Of a DNA stretch of 64,000 nucleotides, positions 1 to 13,844 are shown piece by piece (positions within the stretch are counted from its first letter, which is position 1; each line of letters starts with the position of its first letter). The stretch covers positions 3,053,061-3,117,060 of the forward strand of contig MU058423.1 in assembly GCA_013265495.1 (NCBI GenBank), given 5' to 3'. The stretch is from Vicugna vicugna. Its lineage: Eukaryota. The position numbers were made by a program, and so were the translations under genes. The notes under the pieces are model-generated. The model was not told the origin of the DNA and searched no databases. It saw only the letters and a list, made by a program, of their open reading frames with translations.

Positions 1-2445
1 TTATCCTGATACCAAAGCCAGATGAAGATATTGGTCTGTAGTTTTCTTTTCTTGTAATATCTTTTATGAATATAGAAGCAACAGTCAACAAAGTACTAGC
101 AAACCAAGTCTGCCACCATGTTAAAAGGATTATGCATCCTGACCAAGTGGATTGATTCCAGGATGCAAGGGTGGTTCAACTTAATCGATTTAATACATCA
201 CATTAATAGAATGAAGGAAAAAAAGAAACAATACACAGTTCTCCCAACGCTTGCAGAAAAGGCATTTGACAAAATCAAACACTCTTTCATGATAAAAACT
301 CTTAGAAAACTTAGAGTGGAACTTCCTCAACATGATTGAGATCATTTATGTAAAACCCAAGCTAACATCATACTCAGTGGTGAATGACTGAAAGCTTTCT
401 CCCTAAGATCAGGAATAAAAACAAGAATGCCTGCTTTTACCACTGCTATTCAACATTTATTAGAAGTTCTAGCCAGAGAAATTAGACCAGAAAAAAATTA
501 ATTGGAAAGAAAGAAGTAAAGCAATCTCTATTCACAGATGACTTGAGTATTATATCCCATATATATTTGTGAATATAGAATCACAAAGAATTCACAAGAA
601 AGCTACTAGAGCTTATAAACAGATTCATCAAAGTTGCAGGGTAAAAGATCAACACATAAAAGTCAGTTGTGCTTCTATACACCGGCAATGAACAATCAGA
701 AAAGGAAATTAAGAAAGGAATTTCATTTATAATAGCATATAAAAAGATAAAATACCTGGGCATAAATTAAACTAAGGAGGTGAAAACTTGTATCCTGATA
801 CCTATAAAACATTGCTGAAAGAAAGAAGATCTAAATAAATGGAAAGACATTCTGTGTTCATGGATAGAAAGATTTAATACTGTTGAGATGTCAGTGCTAC
901 CCAATATGATTTACAGATTCCATGTAATTCCTATAAAAATTCCACAGCCTCTCCTGAAGTAATGGAAAAGCCAGCACTCAAATTCATATGGAATTGCAAG
1001 GGGCCTTGAATAGCCAAAACCATCTTGAAAAAAGAACAAAGTTGTAGGACTCACACTTCATATTTTCAAAACTTACTACAAAGTTATAGTAATCAAAACT
1101 CTGTGGTACTTGTGTAAGACTAGGCATGTAGACCAATGGAGTAAATTGAGGGACCAGAAGTAATCCCATATATCTATGGCCAGTTGATTTTTGGCAAGGG
1201 TGCCACACCTATTCAGTGGGGAAAAAATAGTCTCTTCAGTAGACAATGCTAGATCAACTGGATTTCCACATGCAAAAGAATGAAGTTGGACCTCTACCTC
1301 AAACCATATGTAAAAATTAACTAAAAATAGACCAATGACTTAGTATAAGACCTAAAAGTATAAAACACTTAGGAGAAAACGTAGGGGTAAGTCTTTATAA
1401 CCTTAGATTTTGTAATTTGTTCTTAGGTATGATACCAAAAGCTTAAGCACCAAATGTAAAAACTGATAAATTGCACTTCATCAAAAAAAACCCTTTTGTG
1501 CATCAAAGGACATTGTCTAGAAAGTGAAAAGACAGCCTATGAAATGAGAAAAATATTTGTAAGTCGTCTGATAAGAATTTAATATCTAGAATATATAAAG
1601 AACTACTACAACTCAACAACAAAAAAATCCAATTAAAAAAAAGACTTTAGTAGACATTTCTCCAAATTGGCCAAGTATCTACAAATAGCCAATAAATACA
1701 TGAAAAAGATGCCTAATACCACTTGTCATTATGGATTTGGAAATGCAGATCAAAACCGCAAAGAAATATAACTTTAGGACTACTAGAATGGCTGAAATCA
1801 AAGCAGTGGAAAATAACACATGTTGATGAGGAAGTAGAGAAATTTGAGCACTCTAACATTGCTGGTTGGAATGTAAAATGGTGCAGTCAGTGTGGTTTCA
1901 TGGGACCTCAAAAAACTAAACCTAGAATTACCCAGTAATTTCACTTCTAGGTATATACCCAAAGGCATTGAAAGCAGGGACTCAAACAGGTATCTGTACA
2001 TCCATATTCATAGCATTATTCACAGTAGCCAAAAGGTAGAAATAACCCATGTCTATCCACAGGTTAATGGATAAACAAAAGTGATATATCCATATAATGG
2101 AATATATTATTCAGCCATAAAATGGAATGAAGTCTGACACAGGCTACAACTTGGATGAACGTTGAAAACATTATGTTAAGTGAATAAGCCAGACACAAAA
2201 GAATAAATGTATGATTCCATTTATATGAAATGTCTAGACTAGGCAACTTCATGGAGACAGAAAGTAGGATAGAGGTTATGGGAAATAGGGAGTGAGTGCT
2301 TAAGGGTTATAGAGTTTGGGGTGATGAAAATTTTTGGAAATAGGTAATAATGATGGTTACACAACATTGTGAGTATAATGCCACTGAATTGTACACTTAA
2401 AAATGGTTAAAATGGCAATTTTTATATTTATTTTACCAGAATAAA
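1..2445 (+). mobile_element. Old LINE-1 fragment (degenerate ORF2 through 3' UTR), intronic in WDR47
   Basis: ORF2-like peptides (MQGWFN...HHINR...AEKAFDKIKHSFMIKTL) broken by frameshifts; typical L1M 3' UTR ending aataaaaa near 2440. Confidence 0.92.
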
Positions 2446-3273
2446 AACTTTTTGAAAAGGAGTTAATTTTATCTCAGTGTTATTGCTGTAAGTTATGAAA
2501 TAGAGGAGGACTGTTACTGTTTCCTGGAAAAGGGAAACAATTTTAGCTTTAGTTAGGGGCACAAGACTCTTGGTTAAATTTATTGTCAGTGTTGGCCAAT
2601 TTTAGAGATGATTGATTTATTCCAGTTCACATGACCCAGGCAATGTCAGCAGACTCTAGCTTGGCGGGGAGTTCTCTTTGCTAATATTGAAATTCACTAA
2701 ACTAAGTCCCGTAAGCTTGAATGCTATGCAGTGCGTTTAAAGAGTGAAGTTGGAATGTTGAGACTGCTAAGTTTAACACCCATTTGTTCTACTTTCTTGA
2801 GAAAGCCTGTTTGAAAGCTAAATTAAAGTATTAGTTTTAAGGGAAATTTTATAAATTTCCCTCCTGAGTAATCTATTAAACCACTTACATGCTTAAATTA
2901 CGTGTGTTGAACAGGGTTAATATTGTGCTTGTTAAATATTAATGCAATCCCTCAGTAAGTATTTTTCCAAGAAATGTAGATAGATTTGTGTTAGTCTTTA
3001 TCTGCATTTGTATTCTCTATCCACATTCCCCTTGTGACCACTGTAATTTGTATTTTTATTTGGTGTTAGTCAGGGATCCAGGATGACTATTCATTTTGGT
3101 CAGCGACTTGCTGTAGAACAGAGCAAATTAACTGATCAACTTGACTGTTAAGACTCATGGGTAATAATGTTACTTTTCAAAGAGCCAATATATTAAGTAT
3201 TTTCTGATCATTATAATTTATAGCTGTCTGTATGTTGTATTCAGCACTTATAGAAGTTACTGTTGAGGGGTGA

Positions 3274-3522
<249 letters not shown>

Positions 3523-3714
3523 TAAATATAAGGAATTATTTAAAATGATTAAAAGCATGTAGTAACTGCTACTTTCTGTGTATTGTTTGAAATTTTAAGG
3601 CTTTTTAAGTGTTTCAAGTAACGTGGAGTTACTTAATCTCTTCCACCATTCTGGGGGCTCATCTAGTTTTGTCCTTCCTTTTAAACGTCCTTTCACATCT
3701 AACAATGGGAGCAG

Positions 3715-3945
3715 AGTGGGAGTGGTTCAGCACACAGCTTGGAAGCAGACTGCCAGGTGGATCCAGCTCTGTCCCAGGGCAGCTGAGGACCAGGGGAAAT
3801 TACTTACCTTCTGCTTGCTTGTTTCTTCATCTACTTCACAGGGTTGCCATGAAGATTAAATGAACTAATGTACGTGAAGTGCTTAGAACAGTACCTGACA
3901 TATAGTAAGCACCATGTTAAGTGTTAGCTGGTATTTTTATTGTTA
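3715..3945 (+). mobile_element. MIR SINE relic
   Basis: MIR-like core and tail (gaagattaaatgaactaatgtacgtgaagtgcttagaacagtacctgacatatagtaagcac). Confidence 0.8.
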
Positions 3946-4691
3946 TTTTGAGAGCATAAACTTTCAGATTCTTTTGAATTCTGTATATGAAAAAGATTCT
4001 TTCTTATAATTTCTACCAAGACAGTATGAACTTATATTGTTTTTAATTATAGGAGGTAAATATATGGTAAGGTGTTTTTTAGAAATCAGTAAGCCAGAAT
4101 AGGTGTATTTAAATGAGCAAGGGCTGTGGAAACATTAAGTAAGCTGATATATATAAAAAACTAAGAATAATTCCTAGCATATAGGAGGTGTGCCTTAAAT
4201 GTTGGCTATCATGATTATGATTAGGCAGTACAGTGGTGACTGTCGGTTCTTTATTTGGTTCAGTAATACTGGAAGTAATCTGTTTGACACTCTGAGGGTT
4301 GTGCAAGTCAGTGAGCCTGAAATTGATCCTGTCTTCAAACCTTCACAAAAGGAACATTTATAGTGGTAACCAGGGCCTAGGGAGGTCTATGAACATTCAA
4401 TTTGAGGATCTTTTTCTTAACACCTCTGATCAAGTCAGTTGCTTATCAGAATTTTCCTAATTTGATGAATTGCTGCTTCTAGTTCTTGGATGTCATCTTT
4501 GTATCAGTAAAAGTCAAGGTTGCAATTTGACTTCCTGACCATTTTATTATCCAGTAAAAGCAGGTGTCTGGCATTAAGTCAGAAGATGAGGTGGCAAGGC
4601 TCTGTGATTCCAGTAGTAGTAGGGATGTCCTTTCTCAGAAAAAAGTTAAACTATTCAAGATAGTTTATTCTTCCTTTAAAGATAATTGTAA

Positions 4692-4790
4692 ATGAATATA
4701 TGTATGTATATGCATGACTGGGACATTGTGCTGTACACTAGAGACTGACACATTGTAATTGACTGTACTTCAATAAAAAAAGACCAAAAA
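4692..4790 (+). mobile_element. 5'-truncated young L1 3' end
   Basis: gacattgtgctgtacac...gacacattgtaattgactgtacttcaataaaaaa; same motif recurs at ~13850 and ~45700. Confidence 0.8.
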
Positions 4791-6508
4791 AAGACAATTA
4801 AAAATAGAATTCAAAGTATTTCTTGTAATTTAGGTTCAGTTTAGAGCCTATTAACAACAGTTCTCAACTTCTTTAGAGGTTAGAATTTTAAATTACATTA
4901 AAGGTAAGTATGTTATAAAAATCCACAGGATAACCAGGTCTATTCTAAATATGAATGAATATTTATCCTAAGCTTTTGTAAATTGGTTTCTCATAAATTC
5001 CATTGTTCTTTTAAGCATTTCTTACCTATTCTGTTTTCTAACCCTTTAATATAATATTTTATTCAATCCTTTTTCTACACCCTCAGTTTTATGTATCTGA
5101 GCCTGTACCAGGACATTAAAGTACCTGACTAATACCAAAGACAAATTGAATAGAGATACAATCTATAAATTAAAATATACTTTTGCCCCCATAATCTTTG
5201 GGTTTTCCAAATCATTCTAGCAGCAGAGCACAGTTGCCAGATTTAAATTTTGGTTCTTCCCTCCAAGAGGCATAGAAAGAGGAAGAGAAATAAGAGTCAT
5301 GATATATAATAGATTTTATAGAAAAAAACAACCAAAGCATAATAGGATTTTTATTAACAGTACTGTATCACTACTTTATACCTCTAGATATTTTGTTTCT
5401 ATACCAGTAATTGGAACCACTGATTTGACACTTACAGGCATATTCCGGCCCTTTCCCATCCTCCCCACTTTTAGAGAGTCAAAATGATGTTAGCATTTTA
5501 GACTTTTTATATTTAGCATTTTCCAATTTATTTGACCTCAGACTCTTTTTTTATGAGGAACATGTCACAGTAGATTAGTGTTTGATAGAAACTTAGAAAT
5601 GCTGCTTAGTTTAAAATTTTAACAAATAGATGTTTAGTAATGACTACTGTCAATTCCTTTAGTGATACTGAACTGCTCCTTTAAAGTTTTATTTACGCCC
5701 TAGACATGCACATGCACACACATGAACACTAATGTTTAATGTAGAAAAATTAAAAAATACAGTGAGCCACAACACCTCTTCGTAATCACTCCCCTTGTGT
5801 AGTCTGCTCTCATATTGAATCTAGGCTTGAGGAAGAGATGCTTGGCTGATTCTGGTTCAAAGCTTACAAGAGCCTGGCAGCTTCCTCTGTGCCCTTTGGA
5901 ACCGTGAGTCCAACATAAGGAGTCAGGCTACCCTGATGTAGGGAGACTTGCAGTGAGGGAAAGGCCCTTAGGCTAGCTTATTTTCCTCCGTATTTTATCT
6001 CCCTAGTGCCTAGATCAGAGCCTGACAAATAGTCTTTTTTGATTGAATGAGTAAGTGAATGTGTGCATAACAGGGATGCCACCTGACTTTGTCCCATCAT
6101 GGCCTGCTCTAGTCCTCCATTTCCTAGTTGATACGGTATTACTAGACAGAGTAAATGAAAATGCTTCTTTTGTTGGTGGGAAATTTGGTAATGGTGATGT
6201 TTTAATAATTGTTCTGGGAAATTAAGCTTTAAATTGAGAATTAAACCAGTTATACTGGAGAAGAAACAATTTTTTCCTGTTTTTATGGTAAAAGTTGCTT
6301 TTAAAAAGTCAGTGATACCCATTATGCCTGTCTCCTTTACATGTGTACTGCAGGAAAATTTGGATCTTTCAGTTTTGTGGTTGTGTCTTACGCTGATGAT
6401 GGTAATTTTTTTAGTACTAAGCTTGTCATATATTATATGTGCATGTATTTACCTTCTGAAACTGTCAGTCTTCTATATGTTAGGAATGTGATTAAGTTTT
6501 TATTTTGA

Positions 6509-6796
<288 letters not shown>

Positions 6797-7554
6797 TAAG
6801 TGCTTTACTTTATAAAACCTTCCTACTAATAAATAGAAACATGGGAAGTTGAACTTCTCTTTGGGGCCTTACAAATGAAAGCTTTTATAGTTCATTACCT
6901 ACGAAATATTTTTCTAATCTGCCTTCATTTATCTATATTCTCTTCTACTAACTCCTGAGTCTTTTAATATTCTTTATTCTCCTCATTTTCTTTTTGCTTT
7001 CTTACCACCACCAAGACAATTCTGTTTTTTTAATAAGCCATCTTACTTAGAGTTCATACAGTTTTAGGCCTTATCTTCTCTTCAGTATTTTTTTTTCCTT
7101 GCCTTTGCTACCTTTCAACCAATAATCTTTTAATTCACAGACTTTTAGGGCAAAGGAAGATATTTTATGACATAGTGGAATGATGGCAGCAGGACAGTCC
7201 TCGCAGCTCTGGCAGTTACAGCAATTGAGAATTCTTGCATGTTTCTGTTTTCACTAGTCAAAGAAAAATTTTCATCTTGCTGTCATCAGTAAACAAGTGT
7301 TAATTTATGCAGTGGGAATAGTTGAGCATTGTCTTCATTTACTATAACATTAAACATCTTTGAGAGTGATTCATTTTAAAACGCATACTTTGCTTTTGGC
7401 ATTTGGATGTTTATAGGAATTAGCCTATACAGTTGAGCATCAGAAACTCTAGTTTTATACTTAAGAATGTAAGTTTATCTAATATTTGCGTCTTTATTGT
7501 ACTTCCTATAGTATTTGTTTTGTGAACTCCAAAACTAGAACTCGAATTTTAAAA

Positions 7555-8915
7555 TTGGTTATTTTTTATCAAAGTAATATACATAGTTATGATTTTAAAA
7601 GACAAATAGCACTTCAAACCTTGAAATAACACAGAATCCTCTGTCTTACCCACCTTTTTCCATGACTTCTATCTCCAGTAGCTGCCATTTTCAACCTAGT
7701 TAGCTGTTTCTTTTGCTCGGTATCTCCACATTTCTGAATAATATGCTTCTCTTGCTGTTTTTATATTCTTCACCCACAATGCATTCACTTTGTCTGCCTT
7801 ATCTTCCAATATATATCAATTTTTATTTGAATTGATATTTGGTGTTATTACTACAGCCACGTAAATAAATGTTATTTACAACTGAGACATACAACATAAT
7901 CTGAATATATTTCCTTTTCATATAACTTTTTATTTTTCATGGGGGCAGTAATTGCCTCATTTTTGGTGTATACATGCACACACACTTAGTCTTCTTGGTA
8001 CCTATCACTAAGCTATCTGCAGATGCTGTGACAGAACTGTAAAACTGTAAAAGTCCTGATGACAGTAAAAAATATCAGGTATTTTCTCTTTCCATTTTAT
8101 TTTCCCCATCCCTCCAGGATCACTCCTGATTCACTTTATATTCTTTGCTTCTAGGCCATTTTTTTCAGGCCTGGAGGGTCCTGGAACTTCCTACACCATC
8201 CTCCTGGGAATTTTCTTTGCCTTGTCCCTGTATTGGACCCCTTGTTTTCAGGATCTCATGTAGTTTCCTGAAAAGGGGCACATCAGAGGTGAAGTTTCTG
8301 AGACCTTGCATGTCTAAATATTTCACGTTTGATACGTTAGTGTAGCTGAGTATAGAATTTGGGGATGGAAATCATTCCTCAGAGTTTCTGAGGCATTGCT
8401 GCATGTTTCATTGTTCTTATGAAGAAATCTGATGCCATTGTGACCTGCTCCTTTGTATGAGGTCTGATGCTTTTTCCACTCTGGAATTTTTTAGGACCTT
8501 CTCTTCCTTGATGTTCTAAAACTTCATAATGGTTTATATCAGAGTAGGTCTGTTTTCCTTCATTCTGCTGGATACTTTATGGGCTCTTTAAAGCTGGAAA
8601 CTTAAATTCTGGGATATTGAAAACATATTATTTCTGTAGCAATTTCCTCACTTCCATTTTCTATTAATTTTTCCTGCTATCATATTTTTCTTTTCTAAGC
8701 TCTTTCTTACTCTCTAATTTTCCTTAAAATTTTCTTTTAATATTTTTCTTGTTTCCTGATTTATTATTTCCTCTTACATCTCTCAGGATTTTAATTATAT
8801 TTTTGTAGCTTTTGTTTCCTGAATTGCCTCCTTTTTTCCAGATTCCTTTCCTTGTTTGTCTTAGTCTCTGGCTTTTATCTAGGAGGCTTTCTTTAAGCAT
8901 CTGGAAATCTTTGAC
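7555..8915 (-). mobile_element. Very old L1 (L1ME-like) fragments
   Basis: T-rich degenerate antisense L1-like text (gagtatagaatttggggatggaaatcatt, gaagaaatctgatgccatt); boundaries approximate. Confidence 0.6.
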
Positions 8916-8933
8916 TGTAAAGAGTGATGCATT

Positions 8934-9290
8934 GGAGGGAAATGTTGGGGTTCAGAGTAGTCTGCCCCAAAATGTGCCTGATGGATTATATTGAATGAAA
9001 GTGACTTCAGAACTGTCCAAGGGAAAGGGAACTGCTCAGTGATAGAGTGCATGCCTTGCAAGCACAGGGTCCGGGGTTCAATCCCCAGTACCTCCATTAA
9101 AAATAAAGAAAGAAAACCTAATCCCCCCCCAAAATATGCAGTGCTGTATGTCAACTATGTCTCAATAAAACTGGAAAGAAAAAAGAAAAGAATGATTTAA
9201 AAAAAAACAAGAAGAAGAAGAACTGACTGAGTCAAGACGTACACTCTGGCCCTCTTTTCTGCCTCCCTGAAAGCAGGAGAAAAAAAAAAA
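8934..9290 (+). mobile_element. Retroposed LTR-like fragment with poly(A) tail and 15-bp TSD, interrupted by a SINE
   Basis: TSD aaagagtgaTGcatt (8919-8933) / aaagagtgaCAcatt (9288-9302); A-run 9280-9290; tgttggggttcagag start resembles an ERV LTR 5' end. Confidence 0.7.
9021..9218 (+). mobile_element. tRNA-derived SINE (camelid type) with an L1-like 3' extension and A-rich tail
   Basis: A box gctcagtgatagag, B box ggttcaatcccc; TSD agaactgtccaa (9009-9020) / agaactgactga (9219-9230). Confidence 0.85.
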
Positions 9291-9760
9291 GAGTGACACA
9301 TTAAAAAAAAAACTGATTAGAACAAAGGGCCAGGTATAAGGTTGCACCTGCCTACCTGTTGGCCTCCTGAAAAAAGTGACCAAGTGGAAACATTGTTTTA
9401 TTGTGGGCCCTCAACTGTCAGTTTCTTCTAGTCTTTTCTCTTGGACCAGGTGACTTTTTTCTTGAGTCAGATAATTTTCCTAAAGAGCAATCCAGGTTCC
9501 TGCCTGGGATAGGATTTAAGCATACCGACCATGATTCTAGAGCTAAGCACGGAAAAAGTACTTGACATCTCACTATAAAATTTATGGCTTTTGACTTAAT
9601 CTCTTTTCCAGAATAGTTTCTCATTCCTTTCTTAAAACTACACTTCATGTTATAGAGTCCAGAGCCTCTTAATAAATGGCTCCAGAGAGTAACTTTGACT
9701 AAACTCAGTAATGGTCATTTGCCAAAAAAATAAATATTACAGATTCAAAGGATAAACTAA

Positions 9761-9931
<171 letters not shown>

Positions 9932-11670
9932 TAACAAATTTTGCAAAGAATTGTTAATTTAAAGAAAACCATTTTTAGAAGTAGGCAGTATTGTTAATGC
10001 TGGTAGTTATCTTAAGGTAGTTGAATTTTCACTGGGTGAAGTGAAGAGGTTGCCTGAAAAGTCACATTTGAGAGTATTCATATTAATGGCCCAGCGATGA
10101 TCTTGGCACATGAGTTGGGGGCTGTGCACTATTATCTGAACCCTGTGGTTAACTAGTTAAAATATTATTGGTGTCTCCTTTGGGCTTCTCATCAATGCAT
10201 TTGTTTTTTGCTTTGGAGTCAGACATCCTTCCCTAACTAGTATACACCTTCACTCTATCTTATTTTCTCTAGTTCAAATTTTAACCGCATAAACAAAGTT
10301 ATTATTTCGGATGCTTTTGGGGCCAAACAAGTAACATAAATGAATAAAGTTGACTATTTTTGTGATAAGCACATAGGAATATTTGTCCTTTGCACAAAGA
10401 AATATGCTCTCCTAGTTTTTCCCGTTCTTTTGATTTTCAAGAAAAGCTAGAAGTGTAGATTTTTATGTGAAATCTATTTTTTTTAATTTTTAAAAATTAT
10501 AGATACCCTGGGGAAGAGCAGATAAAGTTAATTGTGGTTCTACCACTTCTGCTATAAAGCAACACTTAGTAATTATTATTAATGTGCTATAATCAGTTAG
10601 TCATTTCCTTTCCTTTTGTCTTATATACCTGTGCTATTCATTTGGCACACAGTCACCTTGTACATGAATTAATGGAAAATGTAGCATTTCTAGTCAAATA
10701 AATTCATATAAATAATATAAGAATTCAATTCAGTTACATAAGACAAACATAGTGTGACATCCCAGGTTTATTTCCTGCAACCCCCCCTCCAGCCCCATGA
10801 GGATGTATTGCATGAATACATGCAAGTTTCGGTAGGGGATGCATAATCTCTTCAGTGATACTTACTGTGGGTTCTGGAGCTCTCAGCGTACAACCAGAGC
10901 TGAAGTGATTTGCCTTTGTGTATGTACTTGACATTCATACTTCCCAAAGGCAGGATTTGGTTGGGTCTGTGCACTACACTGAGGGCCCTGTTTCATATCC
11001 AGGTTCCGACCTGATCAAGGTAGCAGGATGGTTTCAAATGACACCAATAGTAAGAGTCACCAAGCCTTTTATACAGAGCTGCTTCACCTTGCCTTCCTTA
11101 GAAGAGGGCTGTGGGCAGACAGGTTGACAGTTTAAAATAAAAATGAGGCTGAAATTAAATGTTCTGATTAAAATCATTTTTACAATTTAAAAAGGGTATT
11201 TTACAATTTCAGTTTGAAATACTAAAGTACTCATTGCTGGAGATAATGGCAAACTTTTTTTTTCCACCATAAATGGATTAAATAATGGTGCTCTATATTT
11301 CTTTTTAGAAACATGAATAATGTTCTGTTGTTTTTGTAAGAACTATATATGTGGTCTATCTTCTTCCTTGACAGTTAAAGAGAACTTAATATGGGAATGC
11401 ATATTCTTGTATCTTGTCATAGTAAGAGAAGAAAAATTTGAATATCTATTATTATTATTAGCCACCTGAACTTAGTTTAGTAATGAGTAGCAAAAATAGA
11501 AAAATTGAGGTTAATTTGGATGTGCCATTCAAAAGAATGTATGGTTATAGGTAGTGAGCATAAAGTGATAAAGTGAATAATACAATTCACATGAATTTAG
11601 AATGGGATAAAGATGAAGTCTTTGAAATTCATTTTTTGTGGGATGACTTTCATATTCATTTTTTCCATAG

Positions 11671-11829
<159 letters not shown>

Positions 11830-12209
11830 TGAGGATAGATGGTTTGTACTGTCATTCTTGCTTCAGTTTTTAATTTAGCTGTATGGTCCCCTTTTAAGAA
11901 TTGCCATTCAGTACTGTTTAATTTTTATTTTGTTTCCTTTTATTAAGCTTTTACATTTTTATTTTTAATGCTTGGAAAATATACATAAGAATCATGAATT
12001 AACTTTATAAACTGCTCTTCATGAAGTATTTTTGATTCAGCCATTGTTCACTCAATAGTCTAGTTTTCTTTATTTCCATGGTTTTTGTTAATTTTTTAAA
12101 AAATATGAGAGATCTTTATATTCTAGTTAAATTACATAAAGACAAAGTAATGCTAGTTATAGACTAGAGAAAATTTTAAATGTCTCATAATAATAGCTTC
12201 AAATAAGTA

Positions 12210-12286
12210 TTAGGTTGAACTATGTGAAATTGCTGATATTTGACCATTTGACCTACAAAGATTCCATTTTCATTTGGTCAGCTTAA
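12210..12286. mobile_element. MADE2-like mariner miniature element
   Basis: ~75 bp with imperfect terminal inverted repeats (ttaggttgaactatgtgaaattg ... cattttcatttggtcagcttaa). Confidence 0.6.
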
Positions 12287-13044
12287 CAGTGATTTTACCC
12301 TCTTGTCTTAACAGATTATGGGATTTGAAAAATAAGAGATACATCTTTAAAGGTTTATGTCACAAAAAGTGGACATGTGACCTTATCTATTAGGGGCACA
12401 ACTAATTCTTTAAAGTTCCTAAGAAGGCAAATACTGTAGCTATAACCTCACAGAAAACTATCTTTGAACTCTTTACTCTTTGATTAGGTACTCTTTCTGT
12501 CAGTTTATTTATTAAGGCTTTTACTATCAAAATAAATCTGCGTTATAAAGATTCTGAGTATTTGGTAGATTTTTTGATTACAGAAATGAATGCCACAAAT
12601 GGAATAGTTTTCATACCAGCAGACAAAAAATACCCAAACAAAATAAGCTACAAATTTTTAAAAATTTAAATATGAAAAGCAGTACATGAGTTTATTTATT
12701 TATTTGCATTTTTTGGTGTATCTCTGTGTCTGAAACTAGACATTTAGGCATTTGGACTGCAGTAGCATTCAAGGTTGGGAAAGGAATAGGGCTCATGTTA
12801 GGTAATAGTGGTATAACTTATGGTTGTTAATTGTGTTAGTTAAATAGGATTATATGAGAGAGTATAGGCAGAATTCCAGATCAGGGAGTGAAAAAGAGCA
12901 GTAATTATGGAGGCAGAGCCAAAGACTTTGTATATTTAGGGTTAACCTGATCTTGAGTTAACTCTCCTTTTATATTTATTATGCTGGCACAGATGTTTCA
13001 TAGACTATTCCTGAAGAAACTGACTTTTATGAAAATGAAGTCAT

Positions 13045-13740
13045 TGATTTAACAAATATATTTTGAGTTTCTTCTACGTGGTAGGTGCTGTTCTAGGCTT
13101 TGGGGATTGTTGTGGATAAAACAGACATGTTCACCTCTTGGAACGTCTCTTTTAGTTGAGAAGATGGCCATTATGCAGATAGACACACAAATATAATTAT
13201 ACATTGTGATAGATGTTATGAAGAAAAAGTACAAGGTGCTGTAACAGTAAAACACGGAGGTGAGGGGGTTGAGGAATCGGAGAAGGGCCTCTTTGAAGAA
13301 GAGGTGTTAAAGGCTGAGATCTGAGGATGAGTAGAACACAGCCATGTGAGGTGAAGAGAGAAGACAGTAAACAAAGGTAACATGAAGTGAGAAAGAGCTT
13401 GGCTTTTCAAGAAACCAAACAAAGCAATTTCAGATTGGCCAGAAGTATTGTGAACTGGAGTGTGATGAGGCTACAGAGAGAGAGGTAAACTAAATTATGC
13501 AGACATTTGTAGCCATTTTGGATTTTATGCCGAGTGCAGTGGGAAGCTGCTGAGTTACCAGCAGAGCAGTGCTGTGAGGTAAACTCTGGGTCAGATGGCA
13601 GTAAGAGTAGATGCTAGGAGAAAGGTAGGAGGCTGTTGTCAATGGCTGGTGTGATGGCAGTGGAGATGGAGCAAAATGGATGGAGGTAACATGTATATAA
13701 AGAATTCGTAGGCCCTGGCAACGAACTGGGTGTGTAACTC
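13045..13740 (-). mobile_element. L2 LINE relic
   Basis: Antisense L2 3' end (atttaacaaatatattttgag...gtgctgttctaggc) followed by purine-rich L2 body. Confidence 0.75.
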
Positions 13741-13844
13741 AAAAGAGAATCTTTTGATCTGATTTATTTTCTTGATCACCATTAAGTATCTCCAAGGTAT
13801 TGAAGACTTCTTAGTCTTCTTTCTTGCTTTTTAAAAATTTCTTC

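Noticed and set aside
118..2252. ORF-track peptides over L1 copies (also 25479-26205, 30166-30468, 56032-57009)
   Set aside because: Fragments of decayed L1 ORF2 or its antisense frame, not genes.
9021..9095. tRNA-like sequence (also 47140-47220)
   Set aside because: Has A and B boxes but also an AT-rich tail and (at 9021) a TSD; it is a SINE, not a tRNA gene.
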